Source: a virus (taxonomy: Duplodnaviria; Heunggongvirae; Uroviricota; Caudoviricetes). From it: a stretch of DNA of 64,000 nucleotides. Where the stretch lies: IMG/VR virus record IMGVR_UViG_2938655777_000006, positions 16,983-80,982 of that record. The stretch is one strand, 5' to 3'. The translations under genes and the position numbers were made by a program. The notes below the pieces were generated by a model. It made no database searches. It was not told the DNA's origin and worked only from the letters and a program-made list of their open reading frames with translations. This document shows positions 31,009 through 41,346 of this stretch, piece by piece. Position 1 is the stretch's first letter; every line of letters begins with the position of its first letter.

Positions 31009-31147
31009 CTAGTTAGTAGTTCTTAAATCTTTAGATTTTAGATGTGTAGATACAGTATTTAGAGTGTGATTGCGCTAACGCTTATCCAACTCTTGAAATT
31101 TATTTTTTGTTGGTTGAGGTTAAGTTAGTTTTTATAACCAAACAAAT

Positions 31148-31193
31148 AAATATAATGAATACTATTGACTATAATATGATTGTGTGGTACTGT
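31148..31193 (+). promoter_or_regulatory. SigA promoter preceded by the AAATATAATGAA motif
   Basis: Motif 31148-31159; TTGACT (31165)-N17-TACTGT. Confidence 0.55.
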
Positions 31194-31240
31194 TGAATAG
31201 AAATGAAAATAAAATAAGTAAAGGTGGATTAGATAAATAG

Positions 31241-32437
31241 ATGCAAATGATAGACACTGATAAGTTACTCTCTCATCCTAGAAATCATGAATTCTTTGAT
31301 GATATAGAAGGTAGTAAATGGGAAGACTTTAAACAGTCTGTTGTCCGTAGAGGCATTGTTGAATCTATTGTAGTAACTCAAGACCTTATGATTGTTTCAG
31401 GACATCAACGTACAAAGGCTTGTAAAGAGTTGGGTATACTGGCTATACCATGTAGAATTACACACTATCCAGATTTCGATCCTCAAACTAAAAACTCAAA
31501 AGAAGATCAAATTTTAGAAGATCTGATTTGTACTAATATCATGCAGCGTGGAGTAGGTAATGTTAATCCAATGAAACTTGCTAAATGTATTGTTGAGTTG
31601 GAAAGAATTTATGGAGTGAGGGATGGGAGCGCTAGTGATGGAAGTAATCAATACAAAGATAAAAGTGCTGAGCAAAATAATTTTGGTCAGCAAAAAACAC
31701 AGGCTGATATTGCGCAAGAGTTAAATATAACAACTCAGCAACTTAGAAACTACAAAAAACTCCTTACGCTTATCCCTGAGTTGAAAGATATGGTTGAAGA
31801 TCGAAATTTAAAGTCTACCACAGCTACATTGATTGCCAAAAAATTAAACAAAGAAGAACAAGAAAATCTGTTGGAGGAGGTGGGAATTGATCTGCTATCG
31901 GAAATGACACAGAGAGAAGTGTCAAAGGAAATCGATAAATATATCAAGGAAATCGATGAAATCAAAGAAGAGAAAAAAGCTTTACTGGACACCATAGAAT
32001 CTTTAAAAGAACAAGATCCAATTGTTAAAACAGTAGAAAGAGAGTATATACCGGGATATCTAACAGATGAGATTACTTTATTGAAAGAGCAGATAAAGGA
32101 AGTTACTGAAGAAAAGCTAAGTTTAGAAAAATACATAAAGTCAGACGAGTATGAAATTTTGTCTAACGAAAGAAAAGAAGAAATTTTAAAGCAACAAGAA
32201 AGATTAACTAAAACAAAAGCTCACATAGATGCTTTCGACCTTAAAGTGAAAATTAATTCATTCATAAAAGAAGCTTCACCAGATATATATATTCAAGGCT
32301 CTATGAGTATATTAGACCAGAATGTAAAGAAAGATATGCTTGAAGCTTTGGCTGCTCTTAAGATTTATTGTGTAAATTTAGAAAATGTTTTGTATGGGAA
32401 CGTTAGAGAAGTTAAGAGTGTAACTGATTGTAATTAA
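31241..32437 (+). CDS. ParB/Srx N-terminal domain protein with HTH and coiled coil
   Basis: HPRN.EFF, SGHQR.KAC, N..QR, HTH TQADIAQELNITTQQLRNY. Confidence 0.8.
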   Translation: MQMIDTDKLLSHPRNHEFFDDIEGSKWEDFKQSVVRRGIVESIVVTQDLMIVSGHQRTKACKELGILAIPCRITHYPDFDPQTKNSKEDQILEDLICTNIMQRGVGNVNPMKLAKCIVELERIYGVRDGSASDGSNQYKDKSAEQNNFGQQKTQADIAQELNITTQQLRNYKKLLTLIPELKDMVEDRNLKSTTATLIAKKLNKEEQENLLEEVGIDLLSEMTQREVSKEIDKYIKEIDEIKEEKKALLDTIESLKEQDPIVKTVEREYIPGYLTDEITLLKEQIKEVTEEKLSLEKYIKSDEYEILSNERKEEILKQQERLTKTKAHIDAFDLKVKINSFIKEASPDIYIQGSMSILDQNVKKDMLEALAALKIYCVNLENVLYGNVREVKSVTDCN

Positions 32438-32463
32438 AATAATAACAAAAGGGAGATAACATA

Positions 32464-33099
32464 ATGAAAAATATGAATAGTGTTGAGAATATGATGATCC
32501 TTAAGAATCTATTAGACAATAATAGAAAATTAACTCAAGCGGTGGACAACCAAAATGAAGTATCATCAAAGATGCTTGCCGAGATGATCAATCAAGCCAA
32601 TAGAGCTGAAAAATCTGAAACAGTTGCAGTTATAGCAGCGGAGATTGCCTTAGATTCTCTAAATGAAATAAAAAATCATGAATGCTTAAGTAATGCACAG
32701 TGCGTCTTGCTTTCACTGGCAATCAAAGATAAAACTACAGAAATTACAAATAAACTATATCCAAATTATGATGGTAAAGAATTTAGTAAGAAATGGGGAT
32801 ATGTGAATAGAGGTTTATGGACTATATTTAAAAATAACGTAAATGGGGGAAGTAAAGCTCCATATAGTACAACATTAAAAATAAAATTCAATGCCGCAAA
32901 GATATATGTTGAGAGCCTAAAAGTTGAGGACTATTTGTTACATAGAGAAGGTGAGTTTTCTAAGATTCAAAAGTTTCACTTTGAATTATCGTTAGAAGAA
33001 AAAGCCAAGGCTATACAGGATATTATTAGTGAAAGAATAGATAGTAAGATCAACGATCTGGAACAATTTACAGAGAATGAGATAAAATTAATCAATTAA
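32464..33099 (+). CDS. Antirepressor-like protein (ORF6C-like C-terminal domain)
   Basis: LSNAQC...IKDK...LWTIFK...Y......FNAA pattern. Confidence 0.5.
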   Translation: MKNMNSVENMMILKNLLDNNRKLTQAVDNQNEVSSKMLAEMINQANRAEKSETVAVIAAEIALDSLNEIKNHECLSNAQCVLLSLAIKDKTTEITNKLYPNYDGKEFSKKWGYVNRGLWTIFKNNVNGGSKAPYSTTLKIKFNAAKIYVESLKVEDYLLHREGEFSKIQKFHFELSLEEKAKAIQDIISERIDSKINDLEQFTENEIKLIN

Positions 33100-33986
33100 T
33101 ATAATACATAATGTGATGGCATCCTTTAATCTGGGGTGTCATTTTTGCATTTCACTAAAGAATTGAGGATACTGTAACTCAATCGTGATGAAAAAAAGTT
33201 GAATCGTAAATTGAGGTTAAATGGATGAAAAACGTATATGTTATAAGGGTTTGTGGGATGAATTGGCTTGGTTTTGGGGCTATTGAATCGTAAAAGTATA
33301 AACAGTGAAAGGATAATATGATACAGGGAAGCTAAAAATGATCAAAAAGTGTGTAGTTACAGAATTGTAATGAGAGATAAAACATAGGAGAAATAAGGAG
33401 TTAGACGATTCAAGTTACGATTGAGATGAGGGGGAAATATGATGTGAAAGTTACAAAGATGTAATAAATGAAAACAATGAGTTGAAAAAATAACTTGAGT
33501 GTGGGAGTGGAAGTGCTAGGGGTATATTTATAAAAAATAGGTGTCTTCTGGATGTAAACTACCCCCCACTACCCTATTCTAAATGAGGTAAAACCATAGT
33601 TGTAGCGCATTTAGAAATATTTATCAATCAAGCAGCCACCAACAATATCCATACTCTACCAGTTAAAATAAATGGAAATTATTTTCAGAAATATATTGAA
33701 TCTCATTTTTAAATTTGAACTTTCACGCCATTGCCTATAGTGGGGAAAGCAGCAATACAGCAACTCAATCGAACTGTAACGGTAATAGCGTGAGATAAGA
33801 CTTATATCCACAAACTATCAATCACATCTAATATATCAATATTCCCTATATATCCAGCTTATCTCATAGCCTATATCTATATCTCATCCTATCACTATCT
33901 CTCAAAATTTTCTCCTCTCTTTATCAAATTTATATACACAAATATAATGAAATATGTTATAATAATATATGTAAGGGGGTGATAAC

Positions 33987-34187
33987 ATGATAGAAACAAT
34001 AAGTAAAATACTTGCTACGGTTGGAGCTGCTTTAACCACAACAATATTAGCAATGAACTTCTTCCCTGATAAGGCTAGAAAAATTGCTGATACTGAAAAG
34101 GTTAAAGCTGAAACTGAAAAGATAAAGGAGGAGACAAGAAGACTTAAACTAGAAAATGACAAGCTAGAACGTGAAAATCAGGCATAA
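33987..34187 (+). CDS. Small membrane-anchored protein (type I toxin-like)
   Basis: N-terminal hydrophobic helix plus charged coiled-coil tail; own promoter TATAAT; SD AAGGGGGTG. Confidence 0.6.
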   Translation: MIETISKILATVGAALTTTILAMNFFPDKARKIADTEKVKAETEKIKEETRRLKLENDKLERENQA

Positions 34188-34296
34188 TACATATCCTGTC
34201 TAGGTTGAAGGGGTCGATTGACTCCTTCTTATCTCTAGGCTACAATAACATTAAGTTTGTTATGATACGGCATCAAGTGTGAAAGGAGACTTATGT

Positions 34297-34458
34297 ATGA
34301 CCAACTCTAAAGCAATGTTGACACGTACATTATCAGTCATTGTATTTATAATTGGCTGTGTCTTATTAGGCATTAACAATACATCATTACCTAGCTTTAT
34401 TCCTTATACCTTTATCTTTATAAGTGTAATTACCTTTGTAGCTTCAATGAGAAAGTAA
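34297..34458 (+). CDS. Small 2-TM membrane peptide, 53 aa (MTNSKAMLTR...)
   Basis: Read by hand; SD AAAGGAG; followed by a terminator. Confidence 0.65.
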   Translation: MTNSKAMLTRTLSVIVFIIGCVLLGINNTSLPSFIPYTFIFISVITFVASMRK

Positions 34459-34483
34459 CTAATAGAAACTAATAGATTTATAC

Positions 34484-34515
34484 GAGCCTAGATGATTTAT
34501 GTCTAGGCTCTTTTT
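34484..34515 (+). terminator. Intrinsic terminator
   Basis: GAGCCTAGA / TCTAGGCTC followed by TTTTT. Confidence 0.8.
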
Positions 34516-34545
34516 GTGCTATTTAGGATCACATAAGTGATCCAC

Positions 34546-34767
34546 TTACTCACTGTCATCCTCATCCGATTCCTCAACTGTAAATAACTCTTCTACGCTT
34601 ATTCCTAATGCTTTAGCCACTGCAAACAAATTATTTATATTATGCTGCTCTGACTTATCGAACCGCGATATATAAGGCTGTGGAACTCCTGCATCTACTG
34701 CTAATTGAGATTGCTTTATGTCTTTCTCTTTGATTATTTCTCTTAGTTTACCTTTGTATTTGAGCAT
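34546..34767 (-). CDS. XRE/Cro-like HTH regulator
   Basis: KQSQLAVDAGVPQPYISRF...LFAVAKALGISVEELF. Confidence 0.9.
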   Translation of the reverse strand: MLKYKGKLREIIKEKDIKQSQLAVDAGVPQPYISRFDKSEQHNINNLFAVAKALGISVEELFTVEESDEDDSE

Positions 34768-34896
34768 TATAATATCTCCTTTAACGTGGTTACTACAGTA
34801 TACAATATTGAATAAATAATTGAAATTATATTGACTACTGAATATACAATACTGTATAATGTAAATATAAGAGTTGCACTAAAGGAGGGACAGCAA

Positions 34897-35046
34897 ATGA
34901 AGCACATACGAGTAGTCAAACAGAATGGATCAACAATCATACATAAACATGGAACAGATTTAGATATTCTTGAACTATCTACAGCTTTCCAAATGGACAG
35001 AGTAGACTACCAAGGTGAATATGTCTACATTCACCTGAAAGGATGA
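34897..35046 (+). CDS. Hypothetical protein, 49 aa
   Basis: ATG 34897 after SD AAAGGAGG; divergent from the XRE gene. Confidence 0.6.
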   Translation: MKHIRVVKQNGSTIIHKHGTDLDILELSTAFQMDRVDYQGEYVYIHLKG

Positions 35047-35213
35047 ATACTATGAACTCATGGAATCTTAAAGACAAAGTAACTATTGCAACAAGTATAT
35101 TGTTTTGGCTTATTGTGATAATTAAGATTAAATACTAATACATAAATATAATGAAATGTTCCACGTGAAACAAAAGATAATTAAATATCATTTGCACATA
35201 ACAATACATAACC

Positions 35214-35240
35214 AAACCGTCTAATAGGCGGTTTATTTTA
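35214..35240 (+). terminator. Intrinsic terminator
   Basis: AAACCGTCT / AGGCGGTTT followed by a T-rich tail. Confidence 0.7.
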
Positions 35241-35331
35241 TATTAATCATACAAATAAATATAATGAAATGCTATACATATAAAATGAATTATGGTATAA
35301 TAATATATGTAAGGGAGGGAGGTGAAACCAC

Positions 35332-35481
35332 TTGGACAACTGGCAGAAAACAGCAGTCATCATATCCATTCTAACTTTCTTACGACTTGTGTATAAGGAC
35401 ATATCCGAATACATAGCATCAAGAAAGAAGAAACGGAAAAAGAAAAAAGCACCTACGTCCCGCAACAGACGTAAGCGCTAA
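35332..35481 (+). CDS. YonT-like type I toxin, 49 aa
   Basis: TTG start after SD GGAGG; MDNWQKTAVIISILTFLRLVY (TM) plus very basic tail RKKKRKKKKAPTSRNRRKR. Confidence 0.7.
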   Translation: MDNWQKTAVIISILTFLRLVYKDISEYIASRKKKRKKKKAPTSRNRRKR

Positions 35482-35605
35482 TCCAAGTCGCTAAACTTGA
35501 AGACATTGCAAGGACGGAAACTAACACCGTCCTACTCTTATCCCTTACATTTTATTATAATGTGTTGCCTATAGTCAATAAACAAAAGAAGGAGGACAAT
35601 AAAAT

Positions 35606-35764
35606 ATGAAATCTGAAGCAGCCACAAGGCTATCTATTGCTATTCTCATGTTTGTACTTGCGTCATTCATGCCTAATTGGTGGTCAATAAGCATTGTTTC
35701 ATTTGTGGGATTGTATTCACTTACTACAGGATTGATTAAGTTAAGAAAGGTTGATAAGCCATAA
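35606..35764 (+). CDS. Small 2-TM membrane peptide, 52 aa (YoyJ-like position)
   Basis: Read by hand; SD AAGGAGG; its TAA overlaps the ATA start of the next gene. Confidence 0.65.
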   Translation: MKSEAATRLSIAILMFVLASFMPNWWSISIVSFVGLYSLTTGLIKLRKVDKP

Positions 35765-36987
35765 CAAAGATTAAAGTTGTTGATTCAATTATGGGTTCAG
35801 GGAAAACGACATCAGCAATTCAAATGATGAATAAAATTGATGATGACAAATATATCTATATCACTCCATACTTAGATGAAATAGCAAGAATCAAAAATAC
35901 TTGTACGCAGCGTAAATTTTATGAACCAAAGGTATTCACAATAGACGGAGAGATATTTTTTAAATTGGATTCCCTACACAAATTACTATCAGAAGGTAAA
36001 AATATAGCCACAACACATGCATTATTCAAAATGGCTACAGAGGAAACTAGAGAATTGATTTACAACGAGGGTTACACATTAATTCTTGACGAAGCATTGG
36101 AAGTAATTAAAGAGTTAAAAGTTTCTCCAGATGACACAAAGATGCTACTAAAAGAATGGATGAAACAAGATGAAAATGGATTAATACAGTGGGATACCAA
36201 AAAAGAGTCATTACAGGGTGTTTACAATGGGAAATTCCAAACAGTGAGAAGATATGCGTTAAACAATAATCTAATAATGCATAATGGAGTCATATTGTTG
36301 TGGAATTTCCCACCAGACATATTTAAGTTATTCAAAGAATCATACATACTAACATATTTATTTAGCGCTCAGTTACAAAAATACTATTTTGATATTCATG
36401 GTATTGAGTATGAATACTATAGTGTGAAAGTTGAAAACGATCTGTATATGTTTTCTCAAGGGATCAATAATGATGATACAAAAATCAAAGAAGCAATCAA
36501 AAGGAATATATTCATTTACGAAGGCACTTTAAATAAAATAGGCGATGAACACTATTCTTTGTCTAAATCATGGTATAGCAAAAAGACGCACCTACATAAA
36601 CAATTGAAAAATAATACATTAAACTACTTCAACAATATCATGCAATCTAAGTCTAATGACAATATGTGGACAACTTTTAAAGATTATAAATCAAAGATAA
36701 GTGGAAAAGGATATACAAAGGGCTATGTCTCAGTAACAGAGAGAAGTACAAATAAATACTGTCATAAAAAGGTTTTGGCTTATGCAGTCAATAGATTTGC
36801 AAGTCCACTAATAGAAAGCTATTTCCATACTAAGAATATTAAAATCAATCAAGAACTATTTGCGTTATCTGAATTGGTACAGTGGATATGGAGAAGTGCG
36901 ATTAGGAACAATGAAGAAATTAATTTATATATTCCTTCACAAAGAATGAGAAGTTTATTGAATCAATGGCTTGATGATGAGATATGA
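35761..36987 (+). CDS. P-loop helicase-like protein (YonV-like), ATA start
   Basis: KVVDSIMGSGKT Walker A, LILDEA Walker B, QWIWRSAIR. In-frame TGA TAA lies just before ATA 35761. Confidence 0.8.
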   Translation: MTKIKVVDSIMGSGKTTSAIQMMNKIDDDKYIYITPYLDEIARIKNTCTQRKFYEPKVFTIDGEIFFKLDSLHKLLSEGKNIATTHALFKMATEETRELIYNEGYTLILDEALEVIKELKVSPDDTKMLLKEWMKQDENGLIQWDTKKESLQGVYNGKFQTVRRYALNNNLIMHNGVILLWNFPPDIFKLFKESYILTYLFSAQLQKYYFDIHGIEYEYYSVKVENDLYMFSQGINNDDTKIKEAIKRNIFIYEGTLNKIGDEHYSLSKSWYSKKTHLHKQLKNNTLNYFNNIMQSKSNDNMWTTFKDYKSKISGKGYTKGYVSVTERSTNKYCHKKVLAYAVNRFASPLIESYFHTKNIKINQELFALSELVQWIWRSAIRNNEEINLYIPSQRMRSLLNQWLDDEI

Positions 36988-37498
36988 GTATTACCTCAAA
37001 AGTAATAAACGATAAAAATAATACATATAAACACTGGATTTTTTTAGCGTAAGTGTTAGAAGCAAAGGTATATAATTATATAATATAAGATAGATAATAA
37101 ATAAGGGAAACTCTCTCACCATCTCGATAAAGCACTGCGCTACGCTTCGTGAACGCATTATCGACCTGCCGCCGTTTCCCTCTTGCCTTCGGCAATTCAC
37201 CCTATGCGGCTATTTTGTTTTTTCATCTAACCATCTATGCATATAATAGGTGGTTTATTTGTCGTTTACTCAAATTATATAATTAAATATAATGAAATGT
37301 ATTGTGTATAATATAAAACCGTGCTATAATAAGTACATAAAGAACAAGAGATTACGAGGTGAAAGCATAATGAGTCAGTCTAAATTGGCAGTTCTAAAAA
37401 GCCAATGGCAACGTAAACAAGCATTAAAAGGTCAAACAGTATATGGTCACTTGGTACTTAGATAAATATAATGATAAAAATATATAGGTGGTTAACTC

Positions 37499-37702
37499 AT
37501 GAGGAAAAAGAATTTGAAGCGAAAACCTGACAATATATCGAGGCTATATTGGAATTACCTTCAAGGCAACATAGATCCATCTGAATTAACTCCAAAACAA
37601 TTTAATCAAATTGTACTGGAGCAATACATTCAATATAAACAGCATGATGGATATAAGTCCTTTGAAGAGTATTATCAATACATTAAGTCAAAAGGATTAT
37701 AA
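37499..37702 (+). CDS. Hypothetical protein
   Basis: ORF track; SD AGGTGG; stop forms the arm of a junction palindrome. Confidence 0.65.
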   Translation: MRKKNLKRKPDNISRLYWNYLQGNIDPSELTPKQFNQIVLEQYIQYKQHDGYKSFEEYYQYIKSKGL

Positions 37703-37840
37703 AACTGATATTTTACATGGTTTATATAGACTGGTGAAAGTGCAAATCTAATAAACAAATATAATCATATACTTGAATATAATGAAATGGTGTGTTATAA
37801 TGAATTCATAAGGTAAGTTAATACATAGGAGGCGGTTACG

Positions 37841-38029
37841 GTGAAAAATATAAATGTTGGTGCATTAAGAGGAATGCTTGCATATATAAATACAATTACT
37901 AGAGATGAACGGAAATTTACCGAAGAGATGGAGAAAAAAGAACGTTTAAAAATTAAATTCACAGAAGATGAGAGAATTAAATTGTCCATTCTGATTGGTA
38001 AAATGAATGCTTGGTATTTTAGCTATTAA
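37841..38029 (+). CDS. Hypothetical protein
   Basis: ORF track; SD AGGAGG. Confidence 0.65.
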   Translation: MKNINVGALRGMLAYINTITRDERKFTEEMEKKERLKIKFTEDERIKLSILIGKMNAWYFSY

Positions 38030-38179
38030 GTCGTCAGAGCGACAATAAACCGCATTAGGCTCTGAGCGTTAGCCAGTTAAAGCTGGCTAGGTTGCAACGG
38101 TAACAATATATTGTAATGAGTAACGATGTACTGTAGACAACTTAAAATACTCATTTTATAAGGATATGGTGGGATAAAC

Positions 38180-38368
38180 ATGTTAGGGAAAAAGGCATTT
38201 TATTATGCGGGTACTCAGCGCATTGATTCAATTGTAGTAGGTTTTGAAGGTGGATATTACAAGTTATCCAATGGACATTATTTTCATGGAGCAACAAAAG
38301 AGCATTGGGACTTTGATGCGGTATTGACTGATGCCGAAGGCAATCCTTCCAAGTTGATTTTTTTATAG
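38180..38368 (+). CDS. Hypothetical protein
   Basis: ORF track; SD-like sequence upstream. Confidence 0.6.
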   Translation: MLGKKAFYYAGTQRIDSIVVGFEGGYYKLSNGHYFHGATKEHWDFDAVLTDAEGNPSKLIFL

Positions 38369-38639
38369 TAAATGAGTGATTTGATCTAAATTATTAATAA
38401 AAATAAAACGTATCTGGGGGAAATAATTATGAATATCAAAATTACATCAACTGAATCGAATATGGTAACTGTAGGTAAGGAATATAAAGTGAATGACACA
38501 TTAGGGGATTTGCTCTTTGTTATCGGTGATGATGGATCAGAATTTAGCTTCATTGCAAATGATTTTGTTAAATTTGATGTGATTTAAATCTAAGTAAAAT
38601 TCTTGTTTTAACTAAAAAACAATTAGGAGAGTGGTAACA

Positions 38640-38918
38640 ATGAATATGACTATCGAGGGAAACAAAACAAGTTACCTTTTAGGGGATGAAATGATTTTGT
38701 CTATTGTAACGCTTGAAAACAATAACTATGTAGTGGAAAACAAATTCAACAAGATGGTTGGGTATTGTAAAAAAATAGACGAAAAAAACTCTGAATACAA
38801 AGTTACTGAGCATTACAGCAAAGGACAGAATGGACGATTATATAAGACAAAGAAACTATTAAAACACAATGAAAGTTGGTTCGCCTACATTCTCAAAGAG
38901 ATGGGTTTTCTCAACTAG
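38640..38918 (+). CDS. Hypothetical protein
   Basis: ATG 38640 after SD AGGAG. Confidence 0.65.
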   Translation: MNMTIEGNKTSYLLGDEMILSIVTLENNNYVVENKFNKMVGYCKKIDEKNSEYKVTEHYSKGQNGRLYKTKKLLKHNESWFAYILKEMGFLN

Positions 38919-39060
38919 AAAAGGCCGATGCAACTTTGCTTCACTTAAGTATGAATGTATGAATATTCATTATAAAAAGTATAATGCTCGCATTTTATGA
39001 TATTATCATCCACAATACTGTATATTTATAAATAACTTATGATAGGAGAATGAAAATAAT

Positions 39061-39285
39061 GTGAAGATTGATAAATTGGTGAAACAAATTACTAAGAAAC
39101 TTGATTCTGAAGGATTGTATTATGAAGTATCTGGTGATCAATATACATTCGTTATAATACATACTAATCATTGCACAATTGAGATACACAAGAATAGTAT
39201 TACGGTTAATGAACAGCCTGTAGTAGATATTGAAGAAATGATGGAAGAAGTCATGGAAGTTGAAGGTGGGGTATATGTGGGTTAA
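39061..39285 (+). CDS. Hypothetical protein
   Basis: ORF track; SD AGGAG. Confidence 0.6.
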   Translation: MKIDKLVKQITKKLDSEGLYYEVSGDQYTFVIIHTNHCTIEIHKNSITVNEQPVVDIEEMMEEVMEVEGGVYVG

Positions 39286-39372
39286 GTTTATGTAAAATGC
39301 TTATTTGATTGTATTTATTCCTTTAATATTTATAATGAGAAATATAACTACATAAAAGGAGAAATAAAGAGA

Positions 39373-39654
39373 ATGGCAGATTACAAAATAACTTCATTTA
39401 CTGATAACAAAGTTGTGCTAAATTATAAGGGATCTGAAGATATCACTTTAAAGTCGATTGTTAAGATTCAATTTGTTACTCTAAGACATAAAGACGGTGT
39501 AACGAAAGGATTTTCTTTTGATTCATTGATTCGCTTTATTAAGGAAGATGGTAATACTTTTCAATATCCTAGAAGTAAAATTAATTTATCTGAGACAGAG
39601 AGTTTTCTGAAAGATAAGAATGCCCCAATTGAGCATTTAGATGAATTTATGTAA
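39373..39654 (+). CDS. Hypothetical protein
   Basis: ORF track; SD AAAGGAG; bounded by palindromes 39293 and 39658. Confidence 0.65.
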   Translation: MADYKITSFTDNKVVLNYKGSEDITLKSIVKIQFVTLRHKDGVTKGFSFDSLIRFIKEDGNTFQYPRSKINLSETESFLKDKNAPIEHLDEFM

Positions 39655-39734
39655 GTATAAAACCAGTCTTTTACTAAAACAAGAATCTTGATGGTTCTTG
39701 TTTTTTATTCTGGTTTTTAAGATCAGATGATACA

Positions 39735-40208
39735 ATGTATATAAACAAGTATAAGGGGGATCAGAGCTTGCCTACACCTACTCAAAAGAAGTTCAATAGA
39801 AGTATGGCTAAGATTGAAAAGAACTCGCGTAAGAATAGTTCTGAGAAGGTATACAGTTACATCCAAGATAGGTACATAAGTGATTACTATGATAGAGAGC
39901 CTAAAGCGAGGATAAGGGTTAAGAAGCTTCAAACATTTAAGTATATGACCATTGCCACAATAGCGGTATTCTTTTTCATTTGTTTTGTGTTTGCACCATT
40001 CAATAGATTTGCAGCAATACCTTTCACAACCATGGTTAGCGCGGTTCCCTTGTTGCTATTGGGTATAATTCACCCCAGTTTAGCATTTATGGATGGTAGG
40101 TCGAGAATTACTGTTATTTGGGTCTACGTTTTAATTTTTATAGTATCTTTTATTGTTGCTGGTCTTATGCTTGGGGTTGAGGTACCAGCGCATAGCGTAC
40201 AAAATTAA
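39735..40208 (+). CDS. Membrane protein (3 C-terminal TM segments)
   Basis: Basic N-terminus and hydrophobic C-terminal half. Confidence 0.65.
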   Translation: MYINKYKGDQSLPTPTQKKFNRSMAKIEKNSRKNSSEKVYSYIQDRYISDYYDREPKARIRVKKLQTFKYMTIATIAVFFFICFVFAPFNRFAAIPFTTMVSAVPLLLLGIIHPSLAFMDGRSRITVIWVYVLIFIVSFIVAGLMLGVEVPAHSVQN

Positions 40209-40255
40209 CAACATCCTTCTAAGGCTATTTAATTATAATAAAATGTTACTTCATA

Positions 40256-40297
40256 AAAAGAAGCGCTGAGTAATTATCTCAAACGCTTCTTTTTTTG
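40256..40297. terminator. Bidirectional intrinsic terminator
   Basis: AAAAGAAGCG...CGCTTCTTTT between convergent genes. Confidence 0.7.
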
Positions 40298-40418
40298 TTG
40301 TTAGTTATGCCAGTTATTATATAGCAGTCTGGATAAAATATATAGAACAAGTAATACGCCAAGTACTATTCCTAAAATCGTAATTGTCTTTTTTTTCATA
40401 TTTTAAACTTATCCTTTA

Positions 40419-41123
40419 TTATGACTTTGAAAATGATGCATCCCAAGTACCGTCAGTAAATCCCCAAATAGTATGTGTGCCAGTTCCGACAACTGCACCA
40501 AGCGACGAGTGTATAAAGTTCCAAGTGAAATACGCTGTCTCGTAGGCTCTAGTTTTATTTGAATTGATATATGGCTTATCTTCTTTGATGGTGATATTCA
40601 CAACAGGGAACCAATTTCTAGTTACGATTCCACCGCCGTTTAATATTTCAGTTACTTTTCCTCCGCTAACTCTATACTGAACATATACTTGAGTTGTAAT
40701 AATATTGATACCAAATGTAGAAGCGACTGTTTCTGCATGAGGCTTGTATTCAGTTGCAAATGGAGTAATGGTATGATCGGGTTTGTTTTGGTTTACCCTC
40801 ACTTTTATATCTCCATTGTATAGGTCTGCATTTTCTCCATTTTGCATTGCATTAAAAATAGCTTTAATTGCTTCAGGATTATTCATGTAATCAACAAATT
40901 TCTGTTGATCTTCTTTTGAGAGACTTTGGAACTGCTCTAGAACAACAGATGAATCATTATCGTTCTGCGAGCTTAGACCTTTATTATTGGACTTTAGATA
41001 GTTAATATAGTCCTCTGGGGTGTTAATGGTTGAATCCTGTGCGTTAACCGAGTAAGGAAGAACGCCTAAAAATAATACCAACACAACAAACAAACTTAGC
41101 AATTTTTTCACTTTATTAATCAC
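40419..41123 (-). CDS. Secreted protein (Sec signal peptide), moron-like
   Basis: MINKVKK + hydrophobic core + VNA cleavage motif; opposite strand to its neighbours. Confidence 0.75.
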   Translation of the reverse strand: MINKVKKLLSLFVVLVLFLGVLPYSVNAQDSTINTPEDYINYLKSNNKGLSSQNDNDSSVVLEQFQSLSKEDQQKFVDYMNNPEAIKAIFNAMQNGENADLYNGDIKVRVNQNKPDHTITPFATEYKPHAETVASTFGINIITTQVYVQYRVSGGKVTEILNGGGIVTRNWFPVVNITIKEDKPYINSNKTRAYETAYFTWNFIHSSLGAVVGTGTHTIWGFTDGTWDASFSKS

Positions 41124-41346
41124 TCCTTAGTAATAATAGTAAAACAAAACCATTTGATGACTTGTTATGGATTTGATTTACAAGGAATATACTACCATGC
41201 GCTAAATAAATTATCAAAAATTAAGAGAGGGTATCAAATTGTTTTGTTTAACAAATGAATATAATGAAATATATTGACTTTAAGTAAGTGGGATGATATA
41301 TTAATTGCAAGAGAACATTAAAATAAATTTTAACGGAGGTGAATAC

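Noticed and set aside
37100-37215. GC-rich patch (GCGCTACGCTTCG..., TTGCCTTCGGCAA) as a single-strand origin or ncRNA
   Set aside because: Only short, weak stems; no supportable consensus
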